Positions 49,081 through 57,629 of a stretch of DNA of 64,000 nt are shown here, one piece after another. The notes under the pieces are model-generated. The model ran no database searches. It was not told the DNA's origin and saw only the letters and a list, made by a program, of their open reading frames with translations. Numbering within the stretch: the stretch's first letter is position 1; the number at the start of each line of letters is the position of its first letter. The translations under genes and the position numbers were made by a program. Location of the stretch: the NCBI GenBank assembly GCA_963741095.1, contig CAVUGN010000002.1, forward strand, positions 192,001-256,000, written 5' to 3'. The DNA comes from an uncultured Candidatus Micrarchaeota archaeon (GTDB taxonomy: Archaea > Micrarchaeota > Micrarchaeia > Micrarchaeales > Micrarchaeaceae).

Positions 49081-49427
49081 ACGACAATAGAATAAAAAAA
49101 GTTAGTTTTGCAGATGAAAAACTTCTTAATGCATTTAATAAACTCAAAACTGGCAAATTCGAAGACAAAAAATTAGCGTCCGAAATAAACGACGTTATCA
49201 ATAAACTCAAAGAAGACCCTCTTTGTGGTATTGAAATAGCAAAACTATTGTGGCCTATAAAATATATACGAGAATATGATATAAAAAATCTGAAAAAGTA
49301 TAATCTACGGAATGGGTGGGGATTAATGTATACCGTTAAAGAAGATCCGGTAGAAATTATATCCATAATACTAGAATGGCTGGATCACAAAAATTATGAA
49401 AGACGATTTGGTTATAAAAGTCATTAA
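49077..49427 (+). CDS. RelE/ParE-like toxin homolog with an apparent ATA start (not in the ORF track)
   Basis: Manual translation INDNRIKKVSFADEKL...LKEDPLCG..I...LWP.KY...NL.KYNL.NGWGLMYTV...IILEWLDHKNYERRFGY; ATAA overlap with the upstream stop. Confidence 0.65.
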   Translation: MNDNRIKKVSFADEKLLNAFNKLKTGKFEDKKLASEINDVINKLKEDPLCGIEIAKLLWPIKYIREYDIKNLKKYNLRNGWGLMYTVKEDPVEIISIILEWLDHKNYERRFGYKSH

Positions 49428-49443
49428 CCAATAACAATCAAAA

Positions 49444-50880
49444 TCAGCCTTTCGCGACGCCCATCGGGACTAATTTAGCAACGATATCAGAGATCTTCGC
49501 GCCTTCTATACTGTTTACCACATCATCCACGTTCTTGTAAGCCCACTCAGCCTCTTCACTGACGAGCCTGATGTTCCTGACACGCAATTCTATACCTTTG
49601 CTCTTCAGATCGTCCAATATCCTCGATACAGGTATCTCCCTCTGTGCCTGGTGCCTTGACATAACCCTTCCCGAGCCATGGCATGACGAGCCGAACGTCT
49701 CCTTCATCGCCTCGTCCCTGCCCGCAAGGACGTAGCTTGCGGTGCCCATGCTGCCCGGTATGATCACCGGCTGGCCATACTGCCTGTAATCCGCTGAAAT
49801 CTCATTCCTTCCGGGCCCGAACGCCCTTGTCGCCCCCTTCCTGTGCACATAAAGCTTCATGCGCTTGCCATCGACGTCGTGCTCCTCCAACTTAACTATG
49901 TTGTGCGTAACGTCATACACCAGCTCCATGCCGAGCGCGTCGGCACTCTTGCCGAACACCTCAGCGAAGCTCTTCCTTATCGAGTTCGTCATTATCTGCC
50001 TGTTCACGAATGCGAAATTGACCGCGGATTTCATCGCTTTGAGATAATCGTCCGCCTCCTTCGTGTTTGCGTAAGCGTAAACCAACTCTGGATCTGGCGG
50101 TATTATGTTATTCTTCGCCTGATAATCCGCAAATATCCGTAGGTAGTCGCTGCAGACCTGATGGCCGAAGCCTCTGGAGCCGCTGTGAACGAGTATGACC
50201 ACATTGCCCTTCTCGAGTCCGAACGCCTTCGCGTCCCTTTCGTTTAGTACGCTATCGACCTTCTGGACCTCAAGGAAATGATTTCCTGCGCCAAGCGTGC
50301 CGAGCTCATGGGTCCCTCTCTTCGCTGCAAAGGGACTGACCTTGCTTATGTCTGCGCCTGGCATACAGCCACGCTCCTCAATGTGCTCAACATCCTCCTT
50401 GAAGCCGAATCCTTTGTCTATTATGTACTGTACTCCTTCGCTGCAGACCTTCTCGAGATCATTCTTCGTGAAACCAAGGTTTATCCTGCTGCCCACTCCG
50501 CTAGGTATGTTCTTGAACAGCGTGTCCATGAGCTGCGAAAGCTTCGGCTTTACCTCCTCCACTTTCAAATCGGTTCTTATCAGCCTTACCCCGCAGTTTA
50601 TGTCGTAGCCGACGACTCCAGGCGATATTATGCCGTTCTCCGCATCGAAAGCCGCAACCCCCCCAACCGGAAAGCCGTAGCCCTCGTGTGCGTCCGGCAT
50701 CAGGAGCATGTGCTTAACTATCGATGGCAGCGAAGCCGCGTTCATCGCCTGCTTGAGCGTCCTGTCCTTGCCTATGGTGTTGGCTACTTTTTCGTTTGCG
50801 TATATGTGAACGGGCACCTTCATGCCCGGCTGCGCTTCGGTGCCAACCTCCCACAAGAAGTCGCTTATCTTGTTTGCCAT
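49444..50880 (-). CDS. rtcB: RNA-splicing ligase RtcB (no intein)
   Basis: MPDAHEGYGFPVGG, GYDINCG, GAGNHFLE, HSGSRG, HRKGAT, IPGSMG, HGSGR. Confidence 0.96.
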   Translation of the reverse strand: MANKISDFLWEVGTEAQPGMKVPVHIYANEKVANTIGKDRTLKQAMNAASLPSIVKHMLLMPDAHEGYGFPVGGVAAFDAENGIISPGVVGYDINCGVRLIRTDLKVEEVKPKLSQLMDTLFKNIPSGVGSRINLGFTKNDLEKVCSEGVQYIIDKGFGFKEDVEHIEERGCMPGADISKVSPFAAKRGTHELGTLGAGNHFLEVQKVDSVLNERDAKAFGLEKGNVVILVHSGSRGFGHQVCSDYLRIFADYQAKNNIIPPDPELVYAYANTKEADDYLKAMKSAVNFAFVNRQIMTNSIRKSFAEVFGKSADALGMELVYDVTHNIVKLEEHDVDGKRMKLYVHRKGATRAFGPGRNEISADYRQYGQPVIIPGSMGTASYVLAGRDEAMKETFGSSCHGSGRVMSRHQAQREIPVSRILDDLKSKGIELRVRNIRLVSEEAEWAYKNVDDVVNSIEGAKISDIVAKLVPMGVAKG

Positions 50881-50950
50881 GGAAATATCTACTTACGATT
50901 GCGTAATCATAAGAATTACGGCGGGAAGCTATTAATAAGTGCACCTGCCC

Positions 50951-52897
50951 TCAGTGCCTTATGGGCAGGTCGATCAACGTCTTCCCATCAGAATAGGCAT
51001 ACCTGCCTGTGCCGTCTATATTCCTGCGTTCCACGTAGAACCCTTCCGGCAGTATCCCATCCTTCATGAGTTTCCTTTGTTTCTCTATCAGGTCGAGCCC
51101 ATCCACTTTTCTGTGCCTTATGGCTTCACCCCTGATCAAGTGAGCATACAGTTCAAGATATTGGCCATGTTTTATCTTGTTTTCGGTGTCTATACTCACA
51201 ACCAGGCGGTCCTTGACTACCTCCTGCGTTGCGACTATGCGCATGACCGATGCCTGTGCCATCGCGCCGCTGCCGTAATAACACACGGCGCACGTCTTCG
51301 GCTTGTCCAAACCGGTTTTCAGCGCAGCATTCTGCAACAGACTCGCCAAAGCAACGAATGTAGCGCCCGAATAAGAGTTACCGACTATGGATGGAAGTTT
51401 CAGCGCCTCATTCAGACGTATCCTCTTGATGAATGCCTTGCATTCATCCTGCGCCCTCACATCACTCAGCCATTGCCAATAACTCGTTATGTCGGAGTCC
51501 TTGTCAATGTGATCGACTATCTCGTCCTCATTCCTGATGCCTGTTGAAGAATTGCGGTTGAATTCATACAACTTATCGTCAAGCATATCCGTCAATTTCT
51601 TGTAGCCGGCCAGAGGCTCTTTGCCGATAACCCTTCCTGGCTCACCTGGGATTTTACTTGGAACAACCCTCTTCCCAATCTCATCAAGCAGTTTTGGGTC
51701 CTTGAGTCTCAAGTAATGCACGAACAGCGATCCTGCAAATTTCTTCGCCTGCATCGGGAAAGGTACATGGCTTACAAAATAATCAATGCATTCTACAAGG
51801 TCTCTACCGTTGTTTTTGTATTCCTTCTCAAGAGCTTCGACGACTTTTGCAACCATAAGCACATACGTCTTTTCGGAGAAAGTTCCATGTACAAAAGGCA
51901 TCTCCTCACCAAATTTCGTAAAGTCCGGCATGGACATGTGCCTGAATTTGCTCTCACCCATTACAACTGCAAGTTCCGGATTTTTTGTGACCCACAATAG
52001 CGTTGCCGCAGCGCCCTGTGTAGAATCCGCACCTGCGGCTCTCTTGGAATCGTAGATTGCAGTATCCGAAGTAATGACGAGCGCAGAGCAATTTTCGCCC
52101 CTATCTATCGCCGCATGCACGTTATTCACGGCCTGCGTCAGAGCTATTCCTCCACCCGCGCAGGCATAAGTAATCGGTACTGGCTGTGCCCCTTTCATCA
52201 TTTGTATAATCTTCATCTGTATGCTTTTAGGATCCTGATCCTCCATCAGAAGTTTAGAATACACCATCTGTAGCGCTGTGGTAAGTTCCGGTTTGCTTCT
52301 GTCCGGATTGCTCTCGGTCGCATAATATATGTACCTTATCGGTTGCTCCTCCAGCTCGTTCATTGCTTCCTTGCTCGATGTCGCATTCTTGATGAACTGG
52401 TATACTGCGTTTGCCGCATAAGTCGCATTGCCCTCCGCGTAGCCTGGAAGTTTTGTATTTTCAATGCCCAAGCCATCTCTTATCAAGCCAGCCTCAACTT
52501 TCTTCACCGTATGCAATACTCCATCGGGGTTTTTCACCGGTTCTATCGACTTTACCCACTCCGGAGTCACCAACCCTTTCGTAACCATATCCTCGAGCAC
52601 TTTATTCAACTCTGCTCTTGAAAAGGTGTTCTCCACCACTTCGACAAGCTCCGCCCGGATGCCATCAACAACGTACTTCATCGCATTCTTATTTTGCCCC
52701 ATAACTCCCAAGGCAATTCCTGCAAGACCACCATAACAGAGTATGCTGTTGTTGTCCATCCTATGCAGATGATTGACAACCTCGTTCTGCATGTTCCTTA
52801 TGGTGATTGCTTGCGCAAGCTCTTCTGGTGATATGCTAAGAGTGGGGGTCGTCACGACCATCCTGTCAATTCCAACGGGGACTGATTTCTCTGCCAT
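50951..52897 (-). CDS. mvaS: HMG-CoA synthase-like protein with large insertions (about 650 aa)
   Basis: VGID, GLG, ATES (Glu), YACAGG (Cys), D.A.Y, TQGAAA, SHVPF (His), VGNSYSG, YGSG. Confidence 0.75.
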   Translation of the reverse strand: MAEKSVPVGIDRMVVTTPTLSISPEELAQAITIRNMQNEVVNHLHRMDNNSILCYGGLAGIALGVMGQNKNAMKYVVDGIRAELVEVVENTFSRAELNKVLEDMVTKGLVTPEWVKSIEPVKNPDGVLHTVKKVEAGLIRDGLGIENTKLPGYAEGNATYAANAVYQFIKNATSSKEAMNELEEQPIRYIYYATESNPDRSKPELTTALQMVYSKLLMEDQDPKSIQMKIIQMMKGAQPVPITYACAGGGIALTQAVNNVHAAIDRGENCSALVITSDTAIYDSKRAAGADSTQGAAATLLWVTKNPELAVVMGESKFRHMSMPDFTKFGEEMPFVHGTFSEKTYVLMVAKVVEALEKEYKNNGRDLVECIDYFVSHVPFPMQAKKFAGSLFVHYLRLKDPKLLDEIGKRVVPSKIPGEPGRVIGKEPLAGYKKLTDMLDDKLYEFNRNSSTGIRNEDEIVDHIDKDSDITSYWQWLSDVRAQDECKAFIKRIRLNEALKLPSIVGNSYSGATFVALASLLQNAALKTGLDKPKTCAVCYYGSGAMAQASVMRIVATQEVVKDRLVVSIDTENKIKHGQYLELYAHLIRGEAIRHRKVDGLDLIEKQRKLMKDGILPEGFYVERRNIDGTGRYAYSDGKTLIDLPIRH

Positions 52898-53050
52898 AAT
52901 ATCACTACGACTTAATCTATTCACTATTTAAATGTCGTTCTGGCATTAGTCAATTGTCGTAGTACACCGAAAAAGTGGAAAACAAGGAAAAGATTGCGAT
53001 TGGGCGCCCAAACAAAAGAGCAAATCCCAATCGCGCCATAGATCGCCCGC

Positions 53051-53617
53051 TCACAACGACACGCTCAGCCTGGAAAGGTAAGCCCAGACCTTGCTGTCGT
53101 CGAACCACGCGTTTGTCAGCACCTCTTTGTCCAGCAGCGGCGTGACCACCAGTATGAACGCGCACGTTGTGAGCAGGTGCATCGCGGTGAACGGTATCTG
53201 GCCTATGAATGCTGCCTGGAAGGTCATCCCGAACATGAGCGGCGTAGCCAAAACTCCAGTGACAAAGTCGAAGGCCAGCACCCCAAGAATGCCGCAGCCC
53301 AGATACGTCTTTATCCCTACCTTGTCTTTGTTCTTGAAGTAATAATGGAATGCGAGCCCTATCACTCCGTAAGTGACGGCAGTAACCAGCGTCCAGGATC
53401 CGAGCAGGTTTGTGATGAAATCAAACGAGACCATCGTTATGAACGGAAATATGAACGAGGTCAGCGCCGAGCTCCTTTTCGAATAGGGCAGCGCCATCGA
53501 CATTATGGGGTCGTTGTTCGGTATTATCCTAAGCAATCGTATCCCGTTGGCTATCAGGATGGACAGTACCATCCTGATCTTGTTGCTGTTGCTCATCCTC
53601 TTGTTCGGTTTTTCCAT
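53051..53617 (-). CDS. Solitary ECF S-component, BtuM/CbrT-like (putative cobalamin uptake)
   Basis: About 190 aa with about 6 TM; RLL..IPN.DPI..MAL motif, QIPF..H; cobalamin riboswitch upstream. Confidence 0.7.
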   Translation of the reverse strand: MEKPNKRMSNSNKIRMVLSILIANGIRLLRIIPNNDPIMSMALPYSKRSSALTSFIFPFITMVSFDFITNLLGSWTLVTAVTYGVIGLAFHYYFKNKDKVGIKTYLGCGILGVLAFDFVTGVLATPLMFGMTFQAAFIGQIPFTAMHLLTTCAFILVVTPLLDKEVLTNAWFDDSKVWAYLSRLSVSL

Positions 53618-53745
53618 ATCATCTCCATTCTAGATTTTTTATCGTAACGGCTCGTTGCAAATCCCTGAGAAAGTGGATGCGAAGACTTCCAGTTAAAAAA
53701 AAGGCCATTCAGCGTTTCCATCTCTACCATGCTCGTGGGCATATA

Positions 53746-53853
53746 CCGGACCCAGGCAGACTGGCTTACCCATTATGGGATTACAGTTGCGGCACAGCAG
53801 TGGATTTTCACCACTTTCCCCTGACTTCCACTGGATCTGAACCCAGTTGTCCG
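53746..53853 (-). promoter_or_regulatory. Cobalamin riboswitch aptamer
   Basis: Minus strand CGGAC...AGGGGAAAGTGGTGAAAATCCACTGCTGTGCCGCAACTGTAATCCCATAATGGGTAAGCCAGTCTGCCTGGGTCCG; matches the B12-element core and B12 box; P1 CGGAC/GTCCG. Confidence 0.88.
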
Positions 53854-53933
53854 TTAATTAGCCTTCATAAACAATATCTATAAAACTATCTCCGCTCCGC
53901 GGAACACAAAAAGAGTCGTAACTAAGCGACAGA

Positions 53934-54007
53934 CGCCCCTGCCGGGATTTGAACCCGGATCACAGGCTCCGGAAGCCCGCGTTCTATCCAAGTTATACCA
54001 CAAGGGC
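53934..54007 (-). tRNA. tRNA-Arg(CCG)
   Basis: Cloverleaf with anticodon arm CGGGC-TTCCGGA-GCCTG and T-loop TTCAAAT. Confidence 0.95.
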
Positions 54008-54041
54008 AGAAGACCGAAGACACCATCTGACAAGAATGTTA

Positions 54042-54115
54042 CGCCCTTGTCGGGATTTGAACCCGAATCACAGGCTCCGCAAGCCCGTGTTCTATCCAAG
54101 TTATACTACAAGGGC
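54042..54115 (-). tRNA. tRNA-Arg(GCG)
   Basis: Cloverleaf with anticodon arm CGGGC-TTGCGGA-GCCTG and T-loop TTCAAAT. Confidence 0.95.
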
Positions 54116-54183
54116 ACAAAGATTTTAATATGCCTTATGCTTTATACACTTTACACATTAATGCTTTAAAGTCCGCTGATTTG

Positions 54184-55224
54184 ATGGTCCATACCTACCT
54201 GACGCTGATCATTCCTGCAATCTGCACATTCATAATAACGATCATCACCATGCTCTTCATCAAATCCTACATGCTCGAGTCCGGAGTCACAATAATAGAC
54301 CACAACAAGAGAAGGAAGACCGTGCTGCCGAGCGGCGGAGGCGTCGCGGTCGCCTTCGGCTTCACTGCCGGCATGCTTGTCTACATATTCGGCAGTAGCT
54401 TCTCGTTCTACACGCCTGTTGCCTCGTTGGAATACCTATTCGCCACCGTGCTTTCGGTCATGCTGATAGCCTTCGGCGGGTTCTTGGACGACATCAACGT
54501 GAAGAAGGAGATGACAAAGACAACTGACATGATGGACACCCACAAAGGGCTGCACCAGTGGCAGAAGCCTCTTCTTTCACTGATAGGCGCGATACCTCTG
54601 ATCGCAATAAACGCAGGCGTCTCAACCATAAGAATACCCTTCCTGGGCGCGTTCAACTTCGGCATACTCTACCCGCTTGTCATAATACCGCTCGCGATCG
54701 TATTTTCGGCAAATGCGTTCAACCTGCTTGGCGGCTTCGACGGGATCTCTTCAGGCTGCGGATTGATAATGAGCCTAAGCATGCTGGTGTACAGCCTTGT
54801 CTTTGGCACTTACACCGGTGCTTTGGTGTCGGGAATACTTTTTGCGGCGATACTTGCCTTCATGTTCTTCAATCTTTATCCGGCGAAGGTGATAGGCGGC
54901 GACAGCTTCTCCTACTGCGTGGGCGGGGCGCTCGTGGCTGTAATGATAATAGGCAACATGGAATCATTCGGTTTCGTGATCCTGGTTCCTTTCATAATAG
55001 AGTTCCTTCTGCATGCGAGGCGGAAATTCAACGTCACCGACCTCGGGAAAAGGAGAAGCGATGGCACCTTCGAGGCGCCTTACGGCAAAAAGATATACAG
55101 CTGGACGCATCTGATCATGAACCTCAGGCACCAGAAGGAATGGGAAGTATCACTATACATGTGGTGCATAGAATTGGGCTTCGTGGCACTGGCTTTTGCG
55201 ATGAAGCTGCTCTTACTGCTCTAG
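54184..55224 (+). CDS. aglH: UDP-GlcNAc:dolichyl-phosphate GlcNAc-1-phosphotransferase (AglH/Alg7, MraY-like family)
   Basis: D.NK, P.GGG, GFLDD, NAFNLLGGFDG, FN.YPAKV..GD. Confidence 0.85.
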   Translation: MVHTYLTLIIPAICTFIITIITMLFIKSYMLESGVTIIDHNKRRKTVLPSGGGVAVAFGFTAGMLVYIFGSSFSFYTPVASLEYLFATVLSVMLIAFGGFLDDINVKKEMTKTTDMMDTHKGLHQWQKPLLSLIGAIPLIAINAGVSTIRIPFLGAFNFGILYPLVIIPLAIVFSANAFNLLGGFDGISSGCGLIMSLSMLVYSLVFGTYTGALVSGILFAAILAFMFFNLYPAKVIGGDSFSYCVGGALVAVMIIGNMESFGFVILVPFIIEFLLHARRKFNVTDLGKRRSDGTFEAPYGKKIYSWTHLIMNLRHQKEWEVSLYMWCIELGFVALAFAMKLLLLL

Positions 55225-55560
55225 CATGCGCACTTGGACGAGCTCGTCCAGCCTCTGCATCCTGGCCTTTCTGCTGCTGACGATCCTTTTAGGCCGCTGC
55301 CTCAGGGCGTGCGCTCTTATGCTCGGGCGTCTGGCTCCGATCCTTCCTCCATTGTGCTGCGCAAGCTCTATGTCCGAGCTGTCTATCAGGCTCTTCCTGC
55401 CCGCATAGCTGGCGTACATGCTTGCCTCATCGACCAACTCCTTGACCGTGTCCTCTATCTCCTTCTCAAGGCTTATCACCGCCTTCTCGTTGATCCGCTC
55501 GGCTCCAGCTTCCCTAAGGAATTGTTCAATATCATAAAGGCTGAACTCTCTCTTCTTCAT
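55213..55560 (-). CDS. Archaeal histone with a long basic C-terminal extension
   Basis: Histone fold LREAGAERI.EKA...A...A..AGRKS....DIELA followed by about 45 Arg-rich residues. Confidence 0.8.
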   Translation of the reverse strand: MKKREFSLYDIEQFLREAGAERINEKAVISLEKEIEDTVKELVDEASMYASYAGRKSLIDSSDIELAQHNGGRIGARRPSIRAHALRQRPKRIVSSRKARMQRLDELVQVRMLEQ

Positions 55561-55769
55561 AACTTACCCACCAAGGGAATCATTATCCCAAGTAAACGCT
55601 ATAAATAGCCCTGTTTTCTCCCGATTAGTGGCACTCCTGCTGCGCTGCAACCGAGTCTGAAAGTGAACCTTTATATATCTTAATCTAATTCCAGCCCGCA
55701 TTGCTCCGTTCAGGTTCTTACGCGTTCATCGTGGCTGGGTTTTTTACTGTTTTCAGCCACTATAATACC

Positions 55770-56624
55770 ATGATAAAGCTGGGTTTCCACATGTCCATCG
55801 CCGGCTCCGTGGCGAACGCGCCAAGAGCAGCCGCAGAGATGGGTTACGGCGACTTCCAGATGTTCACAACCAGCGCGAGAGCGTGGGCGAACACGCAGAT
55901 ACCTGAAAAGGACCGCCTTGAATTCATCGAGCTGAACAAGAAGCACTCATTGACCCCTTTTGCACACATACCATACCTGTGCAACGTAGCATCGACAAAT
56001 CCATTGGTGTATGAAAAGAGCAAGGCGATGCTGATCGACAACATAAGGAACTGCATGTCCCTTGAGATTGGCGGCTTGGTGATACATCTCGGCTCGCATC
56101 TGGGCAAAGGCGCAAAGTACGGCATCGAGAATGTCTGCAATGCCCTCAGCTATGCGCTTGACCGGACGAGCAAGGTCGAGATACTTCTTGAGAACACCTC
56201 CGGTTACAAGAACAGCGTCGGATCGAAGCTTGATGAGATCGGCACCATAATAGACCGCCTGGGCAGCGACCGCATCGGCGTCTGTTTCGATACGTGCCAC
56301 GCATTTGCCGCGGGCTACGATCTTAGGACCAAAGGCGAAGTTGAAAGAGTGGCGGACGAGTTCATTTCGCACATCGGCGCAAAGAAACTCAGGCTCATAC
56401 ACCTTAACGATGCCAAATTCCCGCTTGGCAGCGGCCTAGACCGCCACTGGAACATCGGGAAGGGTCACATAGGCAGGGATGGATTCGTAAACTTCTTCCA
56501 AAACAAGCTTTTCGGCCACGGCTTCTTCGTTCTTGAGACGCCAATGAGCGAGGACGGCAACAGCGAGACGGACATGGCTGAGACAAAGAGCATAATAAAG
56601 GCGGCAACCGGAGTCAGCCCATAA
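55770..56624 (+). CDS. nfo: Endonuclease IV (AP endonuclease)
   Basis: GFHMSIAG, QMFT, H.PYL.N, LEN..G, CFDTCH.FAAGY, HLND, DRH..IG.G, LETP. Confidence 0.93.
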   Translation: MIKLGFHMSIAGSVANAPRAAAEMGYGDFQMFTTSARAWANTQIPEKDRLEFIELNKKHSLTPFAHIPYLCNVASTNPLVYEKSKAMLIDNIRNCMSLEIGGLVIHLGSHLGKGAKYGIENVCNALSYALDRTSKVEILLENTSGYKNSVGSKLDEIGTIIDRLGSDRIGVCFDTCHAFAAGYDLRTKGEVERVADEFISHIGAKKLRLIHLNDAKFPLGSGLDRHWNIGKGHIGRDGFVNFFQNKLFGHGFFVLETPMSEDGNSETDMAETKSIIKAATGVSP

Positions 56625-57612
56625 CAAAGACAAAATGCAGGAGCGCGTAGGCGATCACAACAACCATTGCAAGGCTGACGTTGTCATCAAGCTTTATATC
56701 AACACTCTCAACAATCGCGAGCAGCGCGCCCAAACCAATCGCCGTAAAACCTATAAGCGGATAACCCAACAACGCGGTCACAAGGAAAAAAGCAAGACTT
56801 CCAAAGACGCTCTTTTTCTTGTTGTACGGCAGTTTCACTTGATCAAAATTGACGCCCACGATGGTCGCTATCGAATCCGCAAAAAATAGCGTTACAAGGC
56901 CGAACATCATGAACGCCTGATTGCTCACGAAACCCACCATCATCGCGGTGCCTGCGGCCATGTACAACGCGCCCGAACCATAAACAACCCCGGAACGCTC
57001 CAATCTAGAGTCCAGGATCCTGTACACGCCTCTGAGCCTCCTTTCGCTTGAAAGGTCGTTGACAACGTAACCAAGGATTATCAGTGCGAACACGATCGCG
57101 ACGGCGGTGCTGGACTTCAGGAATATGAGTATGGCCAATACCACCAAACCCAGCGCTATTTGTATTATATCCCGGTGCACCTCCTTGGCTTTATCCTTGT
57201 TCACCGTCTTCATCCCTCTTTTCTGAAGGCTGTCCCGATAGACCAAGCCGTACATGGTCGAGAGGCCGAACACACCCACCGGCGCGAATCCGCCGAAATT
57301 GCCGTAGCAATAGACCAGAAAGCCCACGAGCATCAGCACCGTTAGCGCGATGAACGCCTTCGGCCTTAGCATGTACATCTGCACGAGCACGGTTGCGAGG
57401 AGTGCAATGCCATACTCTATCCCAAGAAGGTAATAGCCTCCAGCAAGCTGCTGTTGCCATAGAAGATAGATCGCAGACACCGTAACGATGGCCGCAAGCG
57501 CGGGCAGCAGGTCCATTGCCCTTTTCTTTGCCACGAGCCATGCGAAGTAGGCTGACGACGAGACGAGCGCAGCCGCAAAGAAGATCAAGGAATAAGCGAT
57601 GTCCATAATCAT
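56614..57612 (-). CDS. Dolichol/phytol kinase (SEC59-like) membrane protein
   Basis: E.HR..IQ, AD..A..VG, P.N.KKS..GS, VES....DDN. Confidence 0.75.
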   Translation of the reverse strand: MIMDIAYSLIFFAAALVSSSAYFAWLVAKKRAMDLLPALAAIVTVSAIYLLWQQQLAGGYYLLGIEYGIALLATVLVQMYMLRPKAFIALTVLMLVGFLVYCYGNFGGFAPVGVFGLSTMYGLVYRDSLQKRGMKTVNKDKAKEVHRDIIQIALGLVVLAILIFLKSSTAVAIVFALIILGYVVNDLSSERRLRGVYRILDSRLERSGVVYGSGALYMAAGTAMMVGFVSNQAFMMFGLVTLFFADSIATIVGVNFDQVKLPYNKKKSVFGSLAFFLVTALLGYPLIGFTAIGLGALLAIVESVDIKLDDNVSLAMVVVIAYALLHFVFVMG

Positions 57613-57629
57613 GCATGGGTTGTTTTCGT

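Noticed and set aside
41056-49427. Integrated conjugative plasmid or provirus
   Set aside because: No integrase, relaxase, replication or capsid gene and no flanking direct repeats were recognised; kept instead as a chromosomal secretion-like operon
53934-54115. Duplicated tRNA-Arg as attL/attR of an integrated element
   Set aside because: Both copies are full length with different anticodons, only 34 nt apart, and there is no integrase
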